Shown here: positions 21,312 to 31,027 of the stretch, piece after piece
Position numbering within the stretch: the first letter of the stretch is position 1
How the letters are laid out: each line of letters starts with the position of its first letter
From: an uncultured delta proteobacterium
GTDB taxonomy: Bacteria; Desulfobacterota; GWC2-55-46
Direction: 5' to 3'
Assembly: GCA_963727865.1 (NCBI GenBank)
Contig: CAVSHY010000014.1
Coordinates: 38,236 to 102,235, forward strand
DNA length: 64,000 nt
Made by a program: the position numbers and the translations under genes
Notes under the pieces: generated by a model
Seen by the model: only the letters and a program-made list of their open reading frames with translations
The model's database searches: none
Told to the model about the DNA's origin: nothing

Positions 21312-22327
21312 CTACTTTACGAGGTAGGACCCGAGGGTCTCTCTTGTCCCCTCGAAAGTGGCGATAGTCTTCGCGCTCCAATCGGGTTTTACCCTGTATG
21401 CCGAAGGGGCCGCGTAGTAAGAGTCAACCGCCTCCCTCAGGACCCCTGTCATGGCGCTCACGTAACTTTTTGTCCGCTGCCTGCCTTCTATCTTGAAGGC
21501 GGCGGCTCCGGCCTCGATGAGATCGGGCACGATCCTGAGGATATTGAGCGACTCCGGGTCTTCAAGCACATATGAGACAGAGCCGTCGGGTTTGATGTAC
21601 CTTCCCTTGCAGCAGGTGGGGTAGGGCGAGGATTCCGTGGCGGAGAGCCTGTTCAGCAGAACGTTATTCAGCGTTATCGACATGCCGCCGTCCGGGTTAT
21701 TTATGAACCGGACGAAGCGAGAAGGGGAGCACGCCCCCGTGGTATTGGTCGACGCCCCTGTTACGAATGAAGAGAGGTAGCACCTCCCTTCGATGTTTAT
21801 GCAGAGGCCACCCTAGACGCGAAGACCTCTATCTCGACGTCGGTACGCTCCTTGAGTTCCTTTATCTCTTTTACGGTAAGGACGCGGGGGAGCACGACCC
21901 TTTTTATGCCGAAGTGCTTCTTATAGAAATTTATGCTTTCATAGTTGGACGCGCTTGCCTGGGTAGAGAGATGCAGGTTCGCGTCGGGGTATTTCTCCCT
22001 CGCGTATTTGAGTACTCCGAGGTTGGCTATTATGATCGCGTCCGCCTTGAGAGAGGCGGCCCTGTCCACGGCCGTAAACCACCTCGCGCAGGAATCCTCC
22101 TGGGGAAAGGTGTTTATGGCGACAAAGAATTTCCTGTTCTTCGCCCTTACGTATTTGATCCCTTCCTCAAGCTCCTTCGGGGTGAAATTGAGCCCCTCGA
22201 AGTTCCTCGCGTTCGTGTCGTCGTTGAAGCCGAGATATACGGCGTCGGCGCCGCTGTCTATGGCGGCCTTGAGAGAAGCGATATTCCCCGCCGGTGAGAT
22301 TACCTCGACTTTTTTCATGGTTTTCAA
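21312..22327 (-). pseudogene. peptidase U32 family, disrupted (frameshift near 21700-21800)
   Basis: The N-terminal 176 aa (21797-22327) has a U32 fold (..DAVYLGF..; ends EVFASRVASA*). The C-terminal part (21312-21683, ..AFKIEGRQ..) is in a different frame, and the expected HGALC..SGRC region is garbled. Confidence 0.55.
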
Positions 22328-22354
22328 AGGGTCAATTCCGGGTTGTTGATCTTC

Positions 22355-22771
22355 TTAAAACGGCACGTCGTCTATGTCAGACGGCGGGATTTCGCCTGCC
22401 GGAGGCTCAGCAGGCGAAGCGGCGGCGCCGCCTTCTTTCGGGGCGCTCCCTAACATCTGCATGGTGTTGGCGACTATCTCGGTCATGTACTTTTTGTTGC
22501 CGTCCTTGTCGTCCCAGCTCCGGGTCTGGATCTTACCCTCGATATAGACCTGCTTGCCTTTCGCAAGATACTCGCCGCATATCTCGGCGAGTTTTCCGAA
22601 GGTCACGATCTTGTGCCACTCCGTCTTGGTCTCCTTCTGGCCGTCCTTATTTACCCTTGTTTCGCTTGTGGCGAGCCTGAAGTTCGCCACGGCGGTCCCG
22701 CTTGGCGCATAGCGTATCTCAGGGTCCGCCCCGAGATTCCCCACGAGAATAACCTTATTGATCCCGGCCAT
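22355..22771 (-). CDS. ssb: single-stranded DNA-binding protein
   Basis: [18 protein letters not shown].. OB fold, Gly/Pro-rich tail ending DDVPF (short form of the usual DD(I/D)PF acidic tip). Confidence 0.9.
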   Translation of the reverse strand: MAGINKVILVGNLGADPEIRYAPSGTAVANFRLATSETRVNKDGQKETKTEWHKIVTFGKLAEICGEYLAKGKQVYIEGKIQTRSWDDKDGNKKYMTEIVANTMQMLGSAPKEGGAAASPAEPPAGEIPPSDIDDVPF

Positions 22772-23115
22772 ATTGACTCCTTTTTTATACAGAGTGTCAT
22801 TACTGTGCATACCTTCGTTGTTCCTCAGCTCGTCGCTGTGGCGCACGGTAAAAGTGCGCCACACTCCTCGCCATCGTCACGCCTCGGTCTGCTTTGTTCT
22901 GACGCTCTGTATGCGCAATTATTTATGACGCCGTGTTTAATAATAATTACTTGAGCAACATATTTAAAGTTTAAAGCTTTTTATCTGAAAAACAATTTAC
23001 CACCCAATGAGGCTTTACGCAAGTTTTTTAAACTGAAAGTCTTTGGCCTTACCTTGCTTCAGAAGGGTAAGTAAGAATTATCTTCAATATTTTGTTAACT
23101 TGCCGTATTATAATG

Positions 23116-23306
23116 AATTATTGATGTCTGTATTTCTAATGTCCTATTGATTAATTGCTATTATTGAATGACAAATAGCGGCTCATTTTAATCCCCCCTT
23201 GCCCCCCTTTAAAAAAGGGGGGATTAAAGTCCCCCTTTGGAAAAGGGGGATTGAGGGGGATTTGATGCGATAGATGCATGGGACATTAATTTTACAGTCT
23301 TCAATT
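23116..23306. mobile_element. 191-bp MITE-like element, copy 2
   Basis: See copy 1; same orientation, 2008 bp downstream. Confidence 0.6.
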
Positions 23307-23354
23307 ATTTGATTCCAGTGCCAAAATTTAATTAAAGGGAAACAAAGCAAAACA

Positions 23355-24063
23355 GTGTTCTTAAGGACATTATTCGTATGGGCCGTGGGGCTTCCCGTAA
23401 CGCTTGTCTTATTTCTGGCAGTCCTTCTTTCGCTTGTCATAGATAGAAAAGGCGGCTACATCCACGGAATAGGCTCGCTCTGGTTAAGGATAATACTCAA
23501 GCTTTCGGGCGTCAAAGTGACCGTAAAAGGGGTTGAAAACATCCCGAAGGCTGGCCCGGTGGTCTTCCTTTCGAACCACCAGGGCGCCTTCGATATACCG
23601 GCTTTACAGGGCTATATCCCGAAAAGGTTCAAGTGGGTGGCAAAGAGGTCCCTTTTTAATATCCCGGTAGTCGGCTGGTCGATGAGCCTCGCCGGATATA
23701 TCGCGATAGAAAGGGAGAGCGCCGGGAGCGCGTATAAGAGCATCGAAGCCGCGGCCGGGGAGATAAAAAAAGGGAAGTTCCGTCCTAATATTCCCGGAAG
23801 GCACGAGGAGCGTAACCGGGGAGCTCCTGCCCTTTAAACGCGGGGCCTTTATGCTCGCTTCACGGGGCGGTGCGCCGGTTATCCCCGTTGCCATTACGGG
23901 CACGAAGGATATAATGCAGAAAGGGAGCCTTTTAATAAGGCCTTCCGCCGTGACCATTTTAATAGGAAGCCCCATCCCGACTCAGGGCTTAAGCGAGCCG
24001 GAACTCAGGTCGCGGACTAAGGAGGCTATCGCGCGGCTTTTAAACTCTAAAGAACTTTCTTGA
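23355..24063 (+). CDS. plsC: 1-acyl-sn-glycerol-3-phosphate acyltransferase, with +1 bp insertion in A7 run at 23765-23771
   Basis: NHQGAFD (HX4D) motif in frame 1. After the poly-A run, frame 2 reads SSVLIFPEGTRSVTGELLPFKRGAFMLA (canonical PlsC block III/IV). Removing one A restores ..GEIKKGSSVLIFPEGTRS.. Confidence 0.8.
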
Positions 24064-24118
24064 GGATTATAAAAATTCATCATGGAAAACGGAGACTGAT
24101 TTGGAAAATAACGGAGAG

Positions 24119-25810
24119 ATGACCGGAAAAATGGAAATGACCGGAGGAGCCGGAAAGCCGCCGGTAAAGATAATCCCCCTCGGCGGCCTCGGAGAGATCG
24201 GGATGAACATGATGTGTCTGGAGTGCGGGGACTCGATAATAATAATCGACTGCGGCCTCATGTTCCCGGAAGACTACATGCTCGGGATAGACCTCGTCAT
24301 CCCCGACATAAGCTACCTGAAAAGGGTAAAGGACAAGGTCAAGGCGTTCATAATAACCCACGGCCATGAGGACCACACGGGCGCGCTCCCTTTTATCCTC
24401 AGGGAGATTAACGCCCCCATCTACGGCACGGCCCTTACCCTGGGCCTCATAGAAGAAAAACTCGAGGAGTTCGACCTCGTCAAATCCACCACCTTTGAGA
24501 CCGTAAGGCCGAGGGACAGGATTTCCATCGGCCCTTTTGACATAGAGTTTATCCGCGTAAGCCACTCGATAGTGGACGGCTGCGGGCTTGCCATAACAAC
24601 GCCGCAGGGCATAATCGTGCATACCGGGGACTTCAAGATGGACCAGACCCCGGTCGACGGAGAGGTGATGGACTATGCCCGGTTCGCCGAGTACGGGGAA
24701 AAAGGGGTGCTCGCCTTCATGTCCGACTCCACGAACGTCGAGAAGGAAGGGTATACGCTTTCCGAAAAGGAGATAGGGTACAACTTCGAGGAGATATTCA
24801 GGAGGTGCGAGGGGAGGATAATAGTAGCCGTCTTCTCGTCGAACATACACAGGATCCAGCAGGTCATGGACGCCGCGGACAAGTTCGGGAGAAAGGTCAT
24901 CCTTAACGGCAAGAGCATGGTCGCCAACGCGAAGATAGCGAGGACGCTCGGATACCTCAAGGCCTCCGACGGGCTTGTCATCGACATCAAGGAACTCGAA
25001 TCCTTCCCCCCCCAGCGCGTCGTGCTCCTTACGACAGGGAGCCAGGGCGAGCCGATGAGCGCGCTTACGAGGATGGCGATGGATAACCACAAGCAGTTAA
25101 AGGTCCAGAAGGGCGATACGATAATACTCTCGTCAAAATTCATCCCCGGCCACGAAAAGGCGATCTCTACGATGATGAACCACCTCTATAGAAGAGGCGC
25201 CGACGTAATATACGAAAAGGTCTCGGAGGTGCACGTCTCGGGGCACGCGAGCCAGGAAGAGCTCAAGATAATGCTCAATATCGTAAAGCCCAGGTACTTT
25301 ATACCCGTCCACGGCGAGTACAGGCACCTCGTGCTCCACGGCCGGCTCGCCGAGAGGGTCGGGATCCCCTCCGTGAATGTCATGATAGCCGAGGACGGAG
25401 ACGTCATAGAGTTCACTGAAGCAGGGATGGAGAAAAAAGGCAGGGTAGAATCCGGCAAGGTATTCGTTGACGGCAAAGGCGTAGGGGACGTCGGCGCCAT
25501 GGTCATCAAGGACAGGACACATCTCTCCCAGGACGGCATGGTCCTTGTCGTGATCGCCCTTAACGAAAAGACGGGTGAGATAGTCTACGGCCCGGATATC
25601 GTGACAAGGGGCCTTGTGTTCGAGGAGATCAGCGCGCCTTTGCTCGAGAACGCCAAAGCCATCGTGATGGATACCCTCAATAACATAAACCCCGAGGCGA
25701 AGACAGACCAGTTCGAGGTCAAGGAAGAGATACACAGGGCACTGAGGAGGTTCTTCAACAAGACCCTCGAAAGAAGACCCGTGATACTGCCCGTGATAAT
25801 AGAGATTTAA
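24119..25810 (+). CDS. rnj: ribonuclease J
   Basis: KIIPLGGLGEIGMNM, HGHEDHTGALP metallo-beta-lactamase motif, beta-CASP and RNase J C-terminal domain; start could be 24101 (TTG), 24119 or 24131. Confidence 0.9.
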   Translation: MTGKMEMTGGAGKPPVKIIPLGGLGEIGMNMMCLECGDSIIIIDCGLMFPEDYMLGIDLVIPDISYLKRVKDKVKAFIITHGHEDHTGALPFILREINAPIYGTALTLGLIEEKLEEFDLVKSTTFETVRPRDRISIGPFDIEFIRVSHSIVDGCGLAITTPQGIIVHTGDFKMDQTPVDGEVMDYARFAEYGEKGVLAFMSDSTNVEKEGYTLSEKEIGYNFEEIFRRCEGRIIVAVFSSNIHRIQQVMDAADKFGRKVILNGKSMVANAKIARTLGYLKASDGLVIDIKELESFPPQRVVLLTTGSQGEPMSALTRMAMDNHKQLKVQKGDTIILSSKFIPGHEKAISTMMNHLYRRGADVIYEKVSEVHVSGHASQEELKIMLNIVKPRYFIPVHGEYRHLVLHGRLAERVGIPSVNVMIAEDGDVIEFTEAGMEKKGRVESGKVFVDGKGVGDVGAMVIKDRTHLSQDGMVLVVIALNEKTGEIVYGPDIVTRGLVFEEISAPLLENAKAIVMDTLNNINPEAKTDQFEVKEEIHRALRRFFNKTLERRPVILPVIIEI

Positions 25811-26078
25811 CGGGGATATTTATGGGGGAAACTTTCTGGTTTTTTAAGGATATATTTAATCAAGCGCGGTTACAATCTTATGATTTTTTAAACGATAGGA
25901 GCTTGATTTACACGCGCTGAAAATCTCCCCCCGGACCCCCTTCAAAACATTTGGAAGATTAAGCGCGGCAAGCCGCGGGGAGTCTCAAGAAGTCTGAAAA
26001 GTATTGATAACCCTATGGAGCCGGTGTAGTATAAAAGACCGAAAGGGGATATCTATAGTATTACATGGAGATATTCAG

Positions 26079-27959
26079 ATGGGAGTAAAAAAGATAGGCG
26101 AACTCCTCGTGGAATCGGCTCTTATAACAGAGGAACAGCTCGAAGAGACCCTTAAAGAGAGCAGGCTTAATAAGGGCACGAGGATAGGCGAGATAATCGT
26201 TAAAAAAGGGTATGCCACTGAAATTGATATAGCCCAGACCCTGGCTTTCCAGTTAAAGATACCTTTTCTGGACATGTCCACGGCCACGGTCGACCCGGAG
26301 GCCGTAAACCTCGTAAGCGAAAAACTTGCCAAAAAATACCTTGTGCTCCCCATTTACTTCGATAAAAAGATACTGAAGATAGCGATGGTGGACCCCATGA
26401 ACCTTAACGCCATAGACGATCTCAGGGTGACGACCCGTCTCGACGTCCAGCCTTGCGTCGCCACGCTCTCCGATGTTACCTCGGCGATAAGAAGGCATTA
26501 TCACATCAATGAGCCCCTTGAAGAGCTTATGGTCGACCTTAAAAAGGATAAGCTTATCGAGGTCGTCCGCGATCCGGAAGCGAACCCGGATATTTCGGAC
26601 CATGTAAGAAAAAGCACAACCCCGCCTATAATAAAGATGGTCGACTCCATCATCATTCACGGGGTTGATAACGGGGCGAGCGACATCCACCTTGAGCCGC
26701 AGGAGAGGGCCGTAAAGCTCAGGATCAGGGTCGACGGGATCATGAGGGAGACGATGCAGCTTCCCAAATGGGTACAGGGGCCGGTAACATCGAGGATAAA
26801 GCTCATGACCGGGATGGATATCACCGAAAGAAGGGTATCGCAGGACGGAAGGATGAGGATAAGGATAGGGGATAAGAGCGTCGATATGAGGGTCTCCACG
26901 CTTCCCACCCAGTACGGCGAGAAGATCGTCATAAGGATCCTTGACCCGAAGTCCTCTCTCCTTGACCTTGAGTCAATCGGGCTCTTCAAGGACGACCTCG
27001 ATCTCATCATCGACCTTATAGAAAGGCCCCAGGGCGTTGTCCTTGTCACGGGCCCGACCGGGAGCGGCAAGACCTCGATGCTCTATGCCATGATAAGGCG
27101 GATAAAAAAAGAGGCTATAAACATCGTTACCATAGAAGACCCGATAGAGTATGAGCTGAACGACGTAAGCCAGGTCGCCGTGAACGAAAAGACCGGGCTT
27201 ACATTCTCATACACGCTTCGCTCCGTGCTGCGTCAGGACCCGGATGTCATAATGGTAGGGGAGATGAGGGATACCGAAACCGCCATAATCGCTTATCAGG
27301 CCTCAATGACCGGGCACCTGGTCTTTTCAACCCTTCATACAAACGACGCGGTCTCTTCGGTAATCAGGCTCAAGAATATCGGCATACCGAGTTACATGAT
27401 AGCGAGCGCGCTTAACGGCATCGTAGCCCAGAGGCTTGTAAGAAAGATATGCCCGAACTGCAAGGAAGAATATACGCCCGGGGATTCCGAGCTTAAGAGG
27501 GCGGGGCTCGTCCGGCGGGGGAAAGAGAAATTTTTCCGAGGCACAGGGTGCAAAACCTGCAACAACAGCGGATATTCCGGCCGTTTAGGCGTTTTCGAGG
27601 TCTTAAAGATAAACAGTACGCTAAAAAACCTTATCTCCGCCGACGCGGCGGAAGAGAAGCTTGTAAACGCCGCGAAGGCCTCGGGGATTAGGTCTTTGAA
27701 GGATGACGGATTAAGAAAGGCTGAGGCGGGACTGACTACGATAGAAGAACTCGCGAGGGTAGTTTACCTTTCAAGGGAAGATGACCATAAAGAAGGCGTT
27801 TGTCCGAACTGCATGAAGGCTGTAACAACCGGGGTAGACCAATGCCCGCACTGCGGGCAGTTCATTCTTAAAAACTGCCGGTCCTGCGGTAAAGTAAGGC
27901 ATCCGGATTGGGTGATATGCCCGTTCTGCTCGGCCCGGTTTGATTACGAATTGCCGTAA
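26079..27959 (+). CDS. MshE/GspE-like type II/IV secretion ATPase with extra C-terminal double zinc-ribbon tail
   Basis: N-terminal tandem MshEN-like motifs (IGELLVESALITEEQLEETL, RIGEIIVKKGYATEIDIAQTLAFQ). Walker A GPTGSGKT. The standard tetracysteine site is CPNC..CKTC. An additional ~70-aa tail CPNC-CPHC-CRSC-CPFC follows. No pilus or T2SS partner genes lie nearby. Confidence 0.85.
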   Translation: MGVKKIGELLVESALITEEQLEETLKESRLNKGTRIGEIIVKKGYATEIDIAQTLAFQLKIPFLDMSTATVDPEAVNLVSEKLAKKYLVLPIYFDKKILKIAMVDPMNLNAIDDLRVTTRLDVQPCVATLSDVTSAIRRHYHINEPLEELMVDLKKDKLIEVVRDPEANPDISDHVRKSTTPPIIKMVDSIIIHGVDNGASDIHLEPQERAVKLRIRVDGIMRETMQLPKWVQGPVTSRIKLMTGMDITERRVSQDGRMRIRIGDKSVDMRVSTLPTQYGEKIVIRILDPKSSLLDLESIGLFKDDLDLIIDLIERPQGVVLVTGPTGSGKTSMLYAMIRRIKKEAINIVTIEDPIEYELNDVSQVAVNEKTGLTFSYTLRSVLRQDPDVIMVGEMRDTETAIIAYQASMTGHLVFSTLHTNDAVSSVIRLKNIGIPSYMIASALNGIVAQRLVRKICPNCKEEYTPGDSELKRAGLVRRGKEKFFRGTGCKTCNNSGYSGRLGVFEVLKINSTLKNLISADAAEEKLVNAAKASGIRSLKDDGLRKAEAGLTTIEELARVVYLSREDDHKEGVCPNCMKAVTTGVDQCPHCGQFILKNCRSCGKVRHPDWVICPFCSARFDYELP

Positions 27960-28115
27960 CCACCTAAAATACCTTGGTTTTCCCGCTGACCCGGCTTCCT
28001 GAAGTAAAAAGAATTTACAAAAATCCGGATATCGTGTTATAATTGTTACAATTTGAATCCTGATAGTATTTTTGCGGGCAATTATAATGCTTACCGGAAC
28101 CTGCCTGCCCGTTAT

Positions 28116-28262
28116 GAAAATGCAACGCGAGCGCCCTGCCCGCTGCTTGCAGCGGGGTCAAGCGAGCGGATAGAATTTTTGAAGTCCTACGCGAGACGTC
28201 TCTAATTTTCAGGCGCCCCATGAAGGACTCTGAAAAATCCTTACATTTCGAAGATTCGCTGA
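28116..28262 (+). repeat. repeat family A copy (modular composite element)
   Basis: GAAAATGCAACGCGAGCGCCCTGCCCGCTGC..GCAGCGGGG hairpin module plus the AATAGAATTTTTGAAGTCCTACGCGAGACGTCTCTAATTTTCAGGCGCCCCATGAAGGA module. Copies at 30814-30985, 44285-44520 (inverted), 45368-45600, 58511-58640, 62868-62940 and 63040-63235, with partial copies elsewhere. Confidence 0.8.
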
Positions 28263-28322
28263 CCCCCCTGCGCTCTTTTTTTATAAGGCGGCAAAGAGTC
28301 TCTAAAAAGAACTCCGGCGACG

Positions 28323-28986
28323 ATGAGTAGACCCATTTTAAAATATCTTTTCATCTCTTTGCTCGTGGCCATTCCCTCGGCCTCTTTAGCCGGAATCAAC
28401 CCCGATATGGACCCGGCGCCCGCCGACAGGCCGTCTTATCAATATAAAAGGGAGCCGGGACAGCTGAAGCATAACAAATACGGCATGATCGACCCGTCCC
28501 CCGGACGTTATTTCGCTGCAGTTCCTCCCAAAAGACAAATACGGGTTTGTGGACTGGGTGAAGGCGCTGAATGACGGCGTAATCGCCCCCAGGGATTCAT
28601 ACCCCGGCACTCAGCCCGGAGAAGAACCGAAGGACGTCCCTGACATCCTCATAAAGGCCAAGCAAGACTTCATGCCCGATGTGATCTTCCCTCACTCGGC
28701 GCATTCGAAGTGGCTCAAGTGCGGCAACTGCCATCCTAAGATATTCGCTGAAAAGGCCGGAAAGACCCCGATATCGATGGTAGGCATCTGGAAAGGGCAG
28801 TTCTGCGGGAGGTGCCATGACAGGGTCTCGTTTCCGACCAGGAACTGTTTCAGGTGCCATTCGGCCCCCAAGACGTATAAAAATATAGGCGAAGGCGACG
28901 CGTCAAAGGATACAAAGTGGACTTCGAGGGAAGAAAAATTCTCGCGTTCAGCCCGAAAGCCGGGTAAGAAAGATATTCGGGAATAG
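28323..28986 (+). CDS. cytochrome c7-like triheme cytochrome, frameshifted at C5 run (~28495-28502)
   Basis: Signal peptide and N-terminus are in frame 1. The LQFLPKDKYGFVDWVKAL + FPHSAH + CGNCH, CGRCH, CFRCH module is in frame 2. Paralog of 12324-12980, where LPKDKFGLVDWAKSV aligns. Confidence 0.7.
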
Positions 28987-29101
28987 CGTCCCGGACAAAA
29001 AAATTTGATTTCTCCTGAAAAGGACGCATAAGGCAGGGAGGGGGAGGCATCCCGTGAACTTGAAAAGTCATTTTCAAATTCACAGTCCTTCCTGAATCGG
29101 C

Positions 29102-29803
29102 ATGGCGAAGCTTACGGCGGACAAAGACTCTTTCAGCGAAGACGACGTGAAAAAGCTGAAGGAGAGGTTTAAGACGGGCTCTCTCGCCGGTTTTAAGAGC
29201 GAGGAGATATTGGAGCTCATTCTGACCTACGCCATGCCTAAAAAGGACGTAAAAACCCTTTCCATGGACCTCGTCCACAGGTTTAAGGGCTTAAGGGGGG
29301 CGTTCGACGCCGTGCCTGAAGAGCTTAAGGCGGCCGGCCTGAGCGAGAACACGGCTGTCATGTTGAAGCTCGTGAAAGAAGCGGCCGGGATATATCTAAA
29401 AGAGAGGATAATGGGGCGGGACATTGTCCGCTTCGCCAAGGACGCGCTCGATTACCTGGACCTTATCCTGTCTGGCGAGAGAGTGGAGAAATTCCTTGCC
29501 GTGTACCTCAATGAAAGGAATGAAGTCCTCGCCGTCGAGACGCTCCATGAAGGGACGATAAACCAGACGGTTGTCTACCCGAGAAAGGCGATCGAGAGGG
29601 CGTTCAAACATAACGCGCGCGCCGTAATTTTTGTCCACAACCATCCGAGCGGGGACGCGGCCCCATCCGATGTAGACCGCCAGCTTACGAAGGTCCTCGA
29701 CAGGGCCGCCCTTGCCGTAGGCCTTATCGTCCATGACCATATCATAGTAGGCAGGAACAAACACTTCAGCGCCAGGGAAAACGGCTGGACAACAGGGCTG
29801 TAG
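29102..29803 (+). CDS. radC: RadC-family JAB/MPN domain protein
   Basis: HNHPSGDAAPSDVD JAMM motif at C-terminus, HhH-like N-terminal region. Confidence 0.85.
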   Translation: MAKLTADKDSFSEDDVKKLKERFKTGSLAGFKSEEILELILTYAMPKKDVKTLSMDLVHRFKGLRGAFDAVPEELKAAGLSENTAVMLKLVKEAAGIYLKERIMGRDIVRFAKDALDYLDLILSGERVEKFLAVYLNERNEVLAVETLHEGTINQTVVYPRKAIERAFKHNARAVIFVHNHPSGDAAPSDVDRQLTKVLDRAALAVGLIVHDHIIVGRNKHFSARENGWTTGL

Positions 29804-30093
29804 CCTCACCCCCCCTCACCCGGGCTACGCCGTAGCCTGTTTAACTTTGGAACTTTCACCTTTTCCGGTACATGTAAATATTTTTAGTATTCTTTTATAA
29901 AAAGGCGAGCGTACAATATTATAAAAATTTATTGGAATTTTTAAGGAAAATTTAATCTTTTAAGACGATAATGAAGCAAGTTGACCGCGTTTTTTCCGGG
30001 TGTGATCCCTTCGGGAGGAGGATTTTCAGTGTCCTTCGCGGAGCGCCTGAAAATTAGCGGAGTCCCGCGCAGGACTCCAAAAATATATTATAT

Positions 30094-30816
30094 ATGCGGT
30101 ACTACCCAGTATTCCTTGACATAACCGGCCGGTCCTGCGTCGTGGCGGGCGGCGGAGTTGTAGCGGAAAGAAAGGTTCAGGGGCTTCTCAAGGCCCGCGC
30201 TTCCGTTACCGTTATAAGCCCTCGAGTCACGAAGGTTTTAGAGAAACTCGCCCAAAACGGAACGATCCGCCTCATCAGAAGAAAGTATAAGAAAGGAGAC
30301 CTTCTCGAAGCGGCCGTAGTTATTTCCGCTACCGCCTCAAAGGCCGTAAACAAAGAAATATTTGAAGAGGCCGCCCGCTTAAAGACCCTCGTAAACGTCG
30401 TCGATGACCGCGCGAACTGTAACTTTATCGTCCCTTCGGTTATTGACAGGGGGGGCCTTATAATAGCGATATCCACTTCAGGAAAGGCGCCCGGGCTTGC
30501 CAGGAAGATTCGGGAAGACCTCGAAAGATATATAGGAAGCGAGTATGAAGATTTTACCTCCATCGCAGGGGCCGTAAGGAAGAAGTTGTTGAAAAATGAA
30601 GCAAATCATGATAAAAAGAAAAGAGTTATCGAGGCCTTGGCGGATTCGCCGATCCTTGATTGGCTGAGGCGGGGAGATAGAGAGGTCAGGGAGATAAATT
30701 CTTTTCTTAAAGGGCTTCTCGGAGCCGGGTTTACTCTGTCGAGGCTCGGGGTCAAATTAAAAACCGGCCCTAAAGTGTCTAAAACAACAAAACCTAAAAA
30801 GGGGACAGGGGTCTGA
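30094..30816 (+). CDS. precorrin-2 dehydrogenase / sirohydrochlorin ferrochelatase (SirC/CysG N-terminal-like)
   Basis: MRYYPVFLDITGRSCVVAGGGVVAERKV Rossmann N-terminus typical of siroheme synthase N-domain. Confidence 0.7.
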   Translation: MRYYPVFLDITGRSCVVAGGGVVAERKVQGLLKARASVTVISPRVTKVLEKLAQNGTIRLIRRKYKKGDLLEAAVVISATASKAVNKEIFEEAARLKTLVNVVDDRANCNFIVPSVIDRGGLIIAISTSGKAPGLARKIREDLERYIGSEYEDFTSIAGAVRKKLLKNEANHDKKKRVIEALADSPILDWLRRGDREVREINSFLKGLLGAGFTLSRLGVKLKTGPKVSKTTKPKKGTGV

Positions 30817-31027
30817 AAATGCATGCGAGCGCCCTGCCCGCTGCTTTCAGCGGGGTCAAGCGAGCGAATAGAACTTTTAAAGTCCTACGCGAAACGCCGC
30901 TGATTTTCAGGTTCTCCATAAAGGACTCTGAAAAAACTTACATTTGGAAGATTCCCCGCAGCTTGCCGCGGGGAGCTTCAAATGCCGCGCCTTCGAAATG
31001 TGATCGCGCCGGATTTCTCCGATTATA

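Noticed and set aside
21684-21800. Tried to localise the exact U32 peptidase frameshift
   Set aside because: Translating all three frames across 21684-21800 did not yield a clean EVFxHGALC...SGRC block. The lesion may be larger than 1 nt or the family variant may be divergent. It is kept as 'disrupted' without a precise position.
28116-28262. Possible CRISPR array given the many recurring repeats
   Set aside because: The repeats are 100-230 bp composite modules scattered singly between genes. There is no regular repeat-spacer periodicity and there are no cas genes.
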